Shown one piece after another: positions 57,251-64,000 of a DNA stretch of 64,000 nucleotides. The position numbers were made by a program, and so were the translations under genes. The stretch covers positions 7,921 through 71,920 of the forward strand of contig CAYOAM010000003.1 of the NCBI GenBank assembly GCA_964402035.1, given 5' to 3'. The notes below the pieces were generated by a model that saw only the letters and a list, made by a program, of their open reading frames with translations, ran no database searches and was not told where the DNA came from. The DNA is from an uncultured Candidatus Saccharibacteria bacterium (lineage in GTDB: Bacteria; Patescibacteriota; Minisyncoccia; Phycocordibacterales; UBA918). Within the stretch, counting starts at the first letter, position 1, and the number at the start of each line of letters is the position of its first letter.

Positions 57251-58906
57251 CTATGCGGTACCCTTTGATTTCGCTGCTTTGATAAATGCGGTAAAGAGTG
57301 GGTGCGGTGACAGTGGCCGCGCGAGGAACTCTGGGTGAAACTGGGTACCGAGGAAAAATGGATGCACCTTGTATGGAAGTTCAGCTATCTCCATGAGTGT
57401 ACCGTCTGGCGAGGTGCCTGAGAACACCATGCCGGCATTTTGTATTGCCTCGATGTATGCAGGATTTACCTCATAGCGATGACGGTGGCGCTCTATGATC
57501 TGCTTTGTGCCGTATGCTTTTTGCGCAATCGTGCCCGCACGCAAATCGCATGCGTAGCTGCCGAGACGCATCGTGCCGCCATAGTCCCCTTTCGCCATCT
57601 TCTCTTTTTGGTCAGGCATGATATCGATCAAAGGATCTTTCGCTTTTGGATTTATTTCTACTGTATTTGCATCTTTGAGTTTTAATACATTGCGTGCATA
57701 TTCGACAACGGCAAGCTGCATACCGTAGCAGAGACCGAAATACGGAATCTTGTGCATACGCGCATATTCAATCACTCGTATTTTTCCTTCGATACCAGTC
57801 TCACCAAAACCTCCAGGTATCAAGATACCGCCATACTTTTTGAGTGTTGCTAGCTTTTTGCGATCTTTCTCAAAGTGCTTTGCGTTCAAAAATTCAATCA
57901 CCGGACGCACTCCCGCAGCGTACGCAGAAAACTTCAAAGCTTCAATAACCGAAATGTATGAATCAGAGAGGACAAAATCCCCTGAATCGAAATATTTTCC
58001 TACAATCGCTATCTTCACTTCTTTTTTTGTATTCTTTGACTTTCGTACAAATGCTTCCCACGGACCAAAGTCAGACTTTTTGCAGTTGAGGCGTAGGGTC
58101 GAGCAGAGTTTTTGACCGAGTTTATCTTTTTCAAAATTGAGCGGTACATCATAGATACTTTTCACATCAGGCGCAGAAATAACATGTTCTGCAGGCACAT
58201 TACAAAAACGGGATATCTTTTCCTTGCGCTTTTCGTCGACCCCTACCGGGCTGCGTGCAATGATAAAATCTGCAAAGACACCCACGGCATTCAGTGAGCG
58301 AACCGCTGTCTGGGTTGGCTTTGTCTTCATCTCACCTATTGAGCCAGGCACCGGCAAATAGCTCACGAGGACGACCGCCACATCCTGTGGGTGCTTGGTC
58401 TTCATCATGCGCGCTGCTTCGAGAAACAGTACGTTTTGGTACTCACCTACCGTCCCACCGATCTCAATAATCGTCACATCCGCATGCGCTTCTTCTGCCG
58501 CGGTTTCAATGCGACGGATGACCTCAAGTGGAATATCAGGCACTACTTCCACATTTTTGCCTTTGTATTCAAGGTTGCGCTCTTTTCGGATCACATCAAG
58601 ATACACACTGCCGGTCGTCATGTAGTTGACCGCTGGCAAGGTGACATCCAAAAAACGTTCATAGTTCCCCATGTCCTGGTCGGTCTCGAGTCCACTTTCA
58701 AGCACAAACACTTCCCCATGCTCCGTTGGATTCATCGTGCCCGCATCGACATTGATATAGGGATCGATTTTGAGCGCGGTCACCATGAGTCCATAGGATC
58801 GTAAAATGCGCCCTATTGACGAGGACGCAATTCCTTTTCCCACCCCTGACATAACTCCGCCGGCCACGAAAATGAATTTTCGTGTTTTTTGTTTTTGTGT
58901 TGCCAT
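57251..58906 (-). CDS. pyrG: CTP synthase
   Basis: The N-terminus KFIFVAGGVMSGVGKGIASSSIG is typical. C-terminal glutamine amidotransferase domain (…GLCYGMQLAVVEYARN…). Confidence 0.95.
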   Translation of the reverse strand: MATQKQKTRKFIFVAGGVMSGVGKGIASSSIGRILRSYGLMVTALKIDPYINVDAGTMNPTEHGEVFVLESGLETDQDMGNYERFLDVTLPAVNYMTTGSVYLDVIRKERNLEYKGKNVEVVPDIPLEVIRRIETAAEEAHADVTIIEIGGTVGEYQNVLFLEAARMMKTKHPQDVAVVLVSYLPVPGSIGEMKTKPTQTAVRSLNAVGVFADFIIARSPVGVDEKRKEKISRFCNVPAEHVISAPDVKSIYDVPLNFEKDKLGQKLCSTLRLNCKKSDFGPWEAFVRKSKNTKKEVKIAIVGKYFDSGDFVLSDSYISVIEALKFSAYAAGVRPVIEFLNAKHFEKDRKKLATLKKYGGILIPGGFGETGIEGKIRVIEYARMHKIPYFGLCYGMQLAVVEYARNVLKLKDANTVEINPKAKDPLIDIMPDQKEKMAKGDYGGTMRLGSYACDLRAGTIAQKAYGTKQIIERHRHRYEVNPAYIEAIQNAGMVFSGTSPDGTLMEIAELPYKVHPFFLGTQFHPEFLARPLSPHPLFTAFIKAAKSKGTA

Positions 58907-58911
58907 AAAAA

Positions 58912-59832
58912 TTATGAGCGCAGATAGCGTGCGATCGCAAGACCGCTTGAGATCATACCCAACAGTATACCGGCACCGATGATGACCAAAAAGATGTGAC
59001 CAAAATTGTTGACGTAGTACTGGAAAATATTGAGTTCAAAGAAGATCTGAGTACCTTTGGCGAGCCATAGTGTGAGTGGGTAGAAGATGAGCAAGGTCAC
59101 AATACCTGCGACAACGCCATACATCATGCCCTGCAAAATAAATGGCCCACGGATAAACATGTTGCCCGCACCGACGAGTCGCATGATGTTGACCTCTTCG
59201 CGTGCTGTATAGATCGCAAGACGTATGGTGTTGAAAGTGATGAGGATCGAAGCCGCAATGAGGATGATGGTTGTGATAAAACTTGCGCGCTGTATAGCAT
59301 CGATGATGGCGGTCAAGCGGTCAATCGCATCTTTGTTTTGGTTGTAGTTTACGCGGTCAATAAACCCACGTTCGGTCGGTGCCAGTTTTTGCTGTTCATC
59401 AAGAAATGCGGCAATACTTTCATACTGCGTGGTCTCCTCGGTGCGGACACGCAGTGCCGCACCGAGAGGATTCTCCCCAAGTTCTTCTAGCGCTTGAATG
59501 ATCTTTTGATCATCATCGTGCTTCTCCTGAAATGCTGCAAGCGCTTCTTCGCGAGATATGTACACCACTTCCTCTACTTCCTTGAGTGCCTCAAGCGAGG
59601 TCTTGAGCGCAAGAACATCGTTTGGCTCCGCGTCCGTTGCAAAATATACATTAATATCTACCTTGTCCTTGATCTGTGCGAGTGATGCATCGAGCAGTTG
59701 TCCGAGGAAAATCACTGAGCCAATCACAAAGAGCGTCACCATCATCACAAAAATGGCCGCAAGCGATACAAAAGCGTTGCGCCAAAAACCCACAAATCCT
59801 GATCGTACTGTTCGTTTAAATGCAATCCACAT
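58912..59832 (-). CDS. ftsX: Cell-division ABC transporter permease FtsX
   Basis: 4-TM topology with a large first periplasmic loop. Immediately downstream of ftsE. Confidence 0.85.
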   Translation of the reverse strand: MWIAFKRTVRSGFVGFWRNAFVSLAAIFVMMVTLFVIGSVIFLGQLLDASLAQIKDKVDINVYFATDAEPNDVLALKTSLEALKEVEEVVYISREEALAAFQEKHDDDQKIIQALEELGENPLGAALRVRTEETTQYESIAAFLDEQQKLAPTERGFIDRVNYNQNKDAIDRLTAIIDAIQRASFITTIILIAASILITFNTIRLAIYTAREEVNIMRLVGAGNMFIRGPFILQGMMYGVVAGIVTLLIFYPLTLWLAKGTQIFFELNIFQYYVNNFGHIFLVIIGAGILLGMISSGLAIARYLRS

Positions 59833-59837
59833 AAATA

Positions 59838-60521
59838 TTATAGGACGTACTTCCCATCTACATCATCGCGCACAAGGCGCCCGCCGTCCATGGTGATAAC
59901 CCTGCGACCCAAGGCATCGATCACCCCCTTGTTGTGCGTGGTCATGATGACCGTCGTCCCCAGATCGTTGATCTTCTTTAAGATCTGTACGACTTCGTAG
60001 GTAGCGATAGGATCAAGGTTGCCTGTTGGTTCATCAGCAATGATGAGATCAGGCTGATTCACAATCGCACGCGCAATGGCAACACGCTGCTTTTCACCGC
60101 CCGAAAGTTCATGCGGGAAATTCCACATTTTGTCACCAAGATCCACAAGCTCAAGTGCCTGCGGTACATTTTCTGCAATCTCGGCATCTGTGCGCCCATT
60201 TGCCTCCATGGCAAAGGCGATGTTTTCATACGCGGTCTTATTCAACAGAAGTTTAAAATCCTGAAATACTGTACCGATCTTCCTGCGGTAGTGCGGCAAT
60301 CGTCCCTTGGGGATCGTATGGACATTCAATGACTCAAAAAAAACCGCTCCGTCGGTCGGTCGGTCTTCAACAATCAGCATTTTAATGAGTGTGGTCTTTC
60401 CTGCTCCTGAATGACCTACGATCGAAAGAAATTCACCCGGCGCTACCTTAAAGGTGACGTCACGAAGAGCAGCAGAGTTGTTGTATATTTTGGAAACTTT
60501 TTCAAAGTAAATCATATACAA
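59838..60521 (-). CDS. ftsE: Cell-division ABC transporter ATP-binding protein FtsE
   Basis: Walker A GHSGAGKTT, signature LSGGEKQRVAIARA and Walker B IIADEPTGNLD. Confidence 0.9.
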   Translation of the reverse strand: MYMIYFEKVSKIYNNSAALRDVTFKVAPGEFLSIVGHSGAGKTTLIKMLIVEDRPTDGAVFFESLNVHTIPKGRLPHYRRKIGTVFQDFKLLLNKTAYENIAFAMEANGRTDAEIAENVPQALELVDLGDKMWNFPHELSGGEKQRVAIARAIVNQPDLIIADEPTGNLDPIATYEVVQILKKINDLGTTVIMTTHNKGVIDALGRRVITMDGGRLVRDDVDGKYVL

Positions 60522-60549
60522 AACGCGCAGAGCGCGTAACCTGTCTATT

Positions 60550-61428
60550 CTACTCCATGTATTTGGAAGCGTCTAGAAATTCTGTTAGATCACCGTCGAG
60601 TACCCGTGAAATATCGCGCACTTCAACGTTTGTTCGGTGATCTTTCACTAGTTGATACGGATGCAACACATAGGAACGGATCTGACTACCCCACTCGATC
60701 TTCATGGTCTTTTCGGTTGAGAGTCCTTTGAGTTCTCGCTTGCGCTGTTCTTCGCGAAACGCGTACAATTTTCCGCTAAGCAATGCGAGTGCACGTTCGC
60801 GATTTTGTTGCTGACTTCGCTCGGTCGACGCAACAACAGAAATATGCGTCGGTACATGAGTAATACGCACCGCAGTCTCGCGCTTATTCACATTTTGTCC
60901 GCCGGCACCACCCGAGCGCGCAAAGGAAACCTCGAGTTCTTCTTCGGGAATTTCCAACTCTTTTGGTGAATCAAATTTTGGTACAACCTCCACAAGCACA
61001 AATGATGTCTGACGCTTGCCCGAAGCATTGAACGGCGACATGCGTACGAGACGGTGAACACCCGATTCATTTTTCAACGTACCATAGGCGCCCTTTCCAC
61101 GGACCTCAAAGGTTATATTGCGGTACCCTCCATGATCATTTCTGTTTTCATCAACAATAGCGGTCTCCCATCCGTGCCGTACCGCACACTGCTGATACAT
61201 CTCAAGCAGCATACGTCCAAAATCCTCGGCGTCATCGCCTCCGGCGCCGGATACGACCGAAATCACTGCGTGATTTCGATCGTACTTTTCTTTCCCTTCC
61301 GCCTCCTCTTTTAGGTCCTGCAGCTCCTTGATCATCGCCTGAGCTTTTTTTGGATCATTCCAAAAATCCGCCTGCTGCATAGCGGCTTCGATTTCTGCGA
61401 TACGTTCTGTCTTCTGACCATCGTGCAT
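60550..61428 (-). CDS. prfB: Peptide chain release factor 2 (SPF motif), apparently without the programmed +1 frameshift
   Basis: SPF tripeptide (…LVRMSPFNASGKRQTSF…) and GGQ (…RSGGAGGQNVNKRETAVRITH…). There is an in-frame TGA 15 nt upstream of the ATG, and no CUU-UGA-C-like site. Confidence 0.85.
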   Translation of the reverse strand: MHDGQKTERIAEIEAAMQQADFWNDPKKAQAMIKELQDLKEEAEGKEKYDRNHAVISVVSGAGGDDAEDFGRMLLEMYQQCAVRHGWETAIVDENRNDHGGYRNITFEVRGKGAYGTLKNESGVHRLVRMSPFNASGKRQTSFVLVEVVPKFDSPKELEIPEEELEVSFARSGGAGGQNVNKRETAVRITHVPTHISVVASTERSQQQNRERALALLSGKLYAFREEQRKRELKGLSTEKTMKIEWGSQIRSYVLHPYQLVKDHRTNVEVRDISRVLDGDLTEFLDASKYME

Positions 61429-61457
61429 AGGCGCAGTATATCAAAAACTGCCCGTAG

Positions 61458-61724
61458 TTACTCGGGCAGTGTCTCCATCTTCAGACGCACCTCGCGCATG
61501 TATGCCTTATGCCTAACAATGTCAGCCATCAGAGCACTGATTAAGTTTTCCCAATCTCTCTTGGGCAATTCCCTCGAAGGAGTGGTGATACTCTCAAAGG
61601 TATCAAGTAAAAATGCATGCAACTTATCGAGTTCTTGCTCCAAGGCAAACAGTAGTCGCAAACCCTCCCCCTTCGTCTCAATATTTTCAAGCGAAAGAGG
61701 GGTGGATTCAAAATCATTTTCCAT
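61458..61724 (-). CDS. Small helical hypothetical protein (88 aa) with a strong Shine-Dalgarno
   Basis: GAGGAAGGAGGAGGT precedes the ATG (MENDFEST…). The ORF track's longer version starts upstream. Confidence 0.5.
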   Translation of the reverse strand: MENDFESTPLSLENIETKGEGLRLLFALEQELDKLHAFLLDTFESITTPSRELPKRDWENLISALMADIVRHKAYMREVRLKMETLPE

Positions 61725-61793
61725 ACCTCCTCCTTCCTCAATTTGAGACACATCTATCTATTTCATATCATGAAGTAACACGAAAAATACTAT

Positions 61794-61821
61794 TGAAAAA
61801 TAGCCGCATGTATGGTATAAT
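61794..61821 (+). promoter_or_regulatory. Near-consensus sigma70 promoter with an extended -10 (TTGAAA-16-TGgTATAAT)
   Basis: TTGAAA at 61794-61799. TGGTATAAT at 61813-61821. About 26 nt upstream of the ATG at 61848. Confidence 0.55.
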
Positions 61822-61847
61822 GACAGTGTTGCCTGAAGGAGGTGACC

Positions 61848-62069
61848 ATGACGCTGTACCGGTTGGACCTTAGGATTTTCGCAAAGAAATTTGTCGGCCC
61901 GCGTCCGTCCCCCGAGAGATTGCTCGGCATGATCGAGATGCTTCGATACATAACAGGGCTCATCGTATCGGCAGGACCGAATGGCGAGGCATTGCACAGA
62001 TTTCTTCTTGAATTAACGACTGAACTTGTGGCTCTGCACGCAGAGTCACTCGACACAAAGGAGGAATAA
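61848..62069 (+). CDS. Small hypothetical protein (74 aa) with consensus promoter, SD and terminator
   Basis: AAGGAGGTGA lies 3-12 nt upstream of the ATG. Sequence MTLYRLDLRIFAKKFVGPRPSPERLLGMIEMLRY…. It is followed by a perfect terminator. Confidence 0.55.
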   Translation: MTLYRLDLRIFAKKFVGPRPSPERLLGMIEMLRYITGLIVSAGPNGEALHRFLLELTTELVALHAESLDTKEE

Positions 62070-62077
62070 GACAGGTG

Positions 62078-62110
62078 AAGCCGGTTGCACAACGTGCAAC
62101 CGGCTTTTTC
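62078..62110. terminator. Bidirectional Rho-independent terminator
   Basis: aagccggttgcac-aac-gtgcaaccggcttttt. Confidence 0.85.
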
Positions 62111-62129
62111 CTTTACCAAAGCTTACCCG

Positions 62130-63734
62130 CTAGCGAGTCTTGAGCGCATCAAGCACCGCTTGAAGACCAATCAAAATATTTGCCAATTGAGAAAGTCGAT
62201 CACTGTGTGTGTCTGCGGCCACTGCGGTTCCTGTATAAATAGCATCCACAAATGCGTACGCTTCTGGATCACCATTTTGCATTTCAGTCTTGCCACCTAT
62301 TTCATTGTTGACCCCAAAGTAAGACTGAGAAAATTCTGCGAAATATTCATCTTGCGTGGTCATGGCATATGTCCCGGGAAATGTATTCCTTGCTTTTGCT
62401 TTTGTAAAGAGAGCGCTCCATTTTGACTTTTCTTGAGGACTAAACCCAAGGTTCATGATCGCATGCCCAAATTCATGATACGTAATGTCTTCATTCCAAA
62501 AGCCGTCGCCGGGCAACTTGAGAAGATTCTCCTCTGATGTAGCGGTGATCGGTTGACCGATCACTCCTCCCCCGCCACGTGTCGAAAATGGAATATACCC
62601 GAGTGTCCTGTCAGCGTATCGTGTGTACTCAGGCAGCACAGATACATAGTCGGTACGAGGAACAATAGCAAGCGCTGCTCCATACCCAACCATGCGGGCG
62701 ACGAGTGCAGGCTGCACGGTTGCCAACATCCTTTCGACTATTGTTTTTGCTACGACGAGAGCCTGCGGATCAACTTTTGCTGCTGCTTTGATCACTATGC
62801 CTTTCGCGAGAACGGTCTGTGTATAATATGCACCAACCGGCACAACAACAGGTGGAGTCGGGGGCGTAGGGGTCACTGGAGGCACGACCACAACAGGTGG
62901 AGTTGCCGGCACTACTGGAGCAGCTACAGGGGTGTTTTGGACAGGGGCTTGCGCTGGAGTTTGTACAACCACAGGCACAACCGGCGACACGACGGGGTTT
63001 GTTGCCACAATCACCCGCGCAGTCTCATCCTGAGACTCTAGTGTATATTTCTTTTTTGTGAGACGGGTATTTTCACCAAAAAGCTCAATCGAGTATACGC
63101 CCGGTGCAAATGGAGTACCAATCTGATGCAACCACTCGCCGTCGACGACCGCAATATTACCGCTCCCATAAACCTTTCCTGCTGCAGTACTAATAGAAAG
63201 TGTGACCACACTCACATTTTTTGCTGTCCCTTCGATACGGGGCTGCGTCAGGAGTGTTTCGAGCGAATTACGATCGATCGAACCCGAGATCTTTTGAGTC
63301 GTGTCTTTCTTGAGACGTGGCGCTACCTGTGTTGTATTTTTTGAGCATGCCTTTGTGATGGCTACACGAGTAAGTGGCCCCACGATCCCCTCGGCGGGTA
63401 TGCCCTGTTCTCGCTGAAACTGCATGACGTACTTTTTAGTCGTATCACCAAAAAAGCCCGTCACGATGTCTGACTGCTTGACTGAGTAACGAGACGCTAG
63501 AAAACGCTGTAGGGTCTCTACAGACACATCCTTCGCCCCCTTCTCTAAAGATTGCGTGAGCGTGGGACACGAAGCACCCGCATTTGCTGTGCCCTGCGTC
63601 TTTTTTTGCAATTCTTTGATTCGCTTTTCTAAAGCTTTAATCTCACGCTCCTGGACTTTTTTGCTCACCGCCAATACTGGAGTACTGTGCAGAAAAAGGA
63701 GCAGAAAGACAACTAACACAATCGAGAATCGCAT
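62130..63734 (-). CDS. Secreted protein with a peptidoglycan-binding (PG_binding_1-like) domain, a Pro/Thr/Val linker and a C-terminal HExxH metallopeptidase-like domain
   Basis: Signal peptide. PGBD-like block (LQRFLASRYSVKQSDIVTGFFGDTTKKYVMQFQREQGIPAEGIVGPLT). The linker includes PVVPVVVQTPAQAPV and VPATPPVVVVPPVTPTPPTPPVVVP. The C-terminus carries ITYHEFGHAIMN…EYFAEF. Confidence 0.6.
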   Translation of the reverse strand: MRFSIVLVVFLLLFLHSTPVLAVSKKVQEREIKALEKRIKELQKKTQGTANAGASCPTLTQSLEKGAKDVSVETLQRFLASRYSVKQSDIVTGFFGDTTKKYVMQFQREQGIPAEGIVGPLTRVAITKACSKNTTQVAPRLKKDTTQKISGSIDRNSLETLLTQPRIEGTAKNVSVVTLSISTAAGKVYGSGNIAVVDGEWLHQIGTPFAPGVYSIELFGENTRLTKKKYTLESQDETARVIVATNPVVSPVVPVVVQTPAQAPVQNTPVAAPVVPATPPVVVVPPVTPTPPTPPVVVPVGAYYTQTVLAKGIVIKAAAKVDPQALVVAKTIVERMLATVQPALVARMVGYGAALAIVPRTDYVSVLPEYTRYADRTLGYIPFSTRGGGGVIGQPITATSEENLLKLPGDGFWNEDITYHEFGHAIMNLGFSPQEKSKWSALFTKAKARNTFPGTYAMTTQDEYFAEFSQSYFGVNNEIGGKTEMQNGDPEAYAFVDAIYTGTAVAADTHSDRLSQLANILIGLQAVLDALKTR

Positions 63735-64000
63735 GCCTAAAAATTAACTAATATAAGGAGAAACTTCCTATAACAGGATAGCATGTCCCACTAACGAAAA
63801 ATGCCCCGATGTGGGCATTTTTCCTTGATGATTTTTTGAGCCATCTTCTTACAGAAGCAGTACACCATTAGGATATATTATTTCATTCCACCTCAGTGCG
63901 AATTCATAATCTATCTCAATAGGTCCACTATGTTCTCCCAGCACATAGTGCCCAGGATTGAACATTGCCTGCTTTTTAGCAGCCTCACAGATTCAGTACA

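Noticed and set aside
61429-61751. 97-aa ORF upstream of prfB as the frame-0 N-terminal part of RF2
   Set aside because: It is much longer than the roughly 25-codon leader and ends in TAA, not UGA. Its frame relates to the RF2 frame by -1, not +1.

Overview
This is a compact bacterial chromosomal window of 64 kb, roughly 50% GC and about 90% coding. It is dominated by small hypothetical, secreted and membrane proteins. The gene content suggests an uncultivated lineage, possibly Patescibacteria/CPR-like; that is an inference, not something demonstrated. Clear housekeeping genes are RNase J (1815-3875), endonuclease III, RlmB, CTP synthase, FtsE/FtsX, release factor 2 and one tRNA-Gln(CUG) at 57109-57179. 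Other confident calls include an RND efflux pair (MFP + AcrB-like, 17590-22257), a GH1 beta-glucosidase and a GH-A glycosidase, and HtrA, Hsp20, Ogt, ZupT-Zur and YibE/F. A cluster of small stress and detox proteins lies at 43-47 kb. The most unusual part is a roughly 12.7 kb block of minus-strand genes at 23.5-36.2 kb that encodes a cell-surface assembly. It holds cohesin-like proteins and a dockerin protein with a Myxococcus-type Cys-rich repeat and a poly-Gly run. It holds a membrane-anchored beta-rich protein and two proteins that share a TasA/camelysin-like C-terminal domain. One of these is a 1311-aa giant protein containing a perfect 1647-bp tandem duplication. An extremely acidic secreted protein and a dedicated DsbB/thioredoxin/membrane-protein trio complete the block. 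A GC-rich, hairpin-dense non-coding island of about 700 bp sits at 13.1-13.8 kb. It is bracketed by three copies of a 17-bp palindrome and lies between the GH1 gene and a DEDD 3'-5' exonuclease. A 165-bp nested palindrome lies at 14.6-14.8 kb. The RF2 gene shows no recognisable +1 frameshift site and has a shortened domain 1. Two small genes with near-consensus expression signals sit upstream of it. No CRISPR array, rRNA or obvious transposase or integrase was seen.
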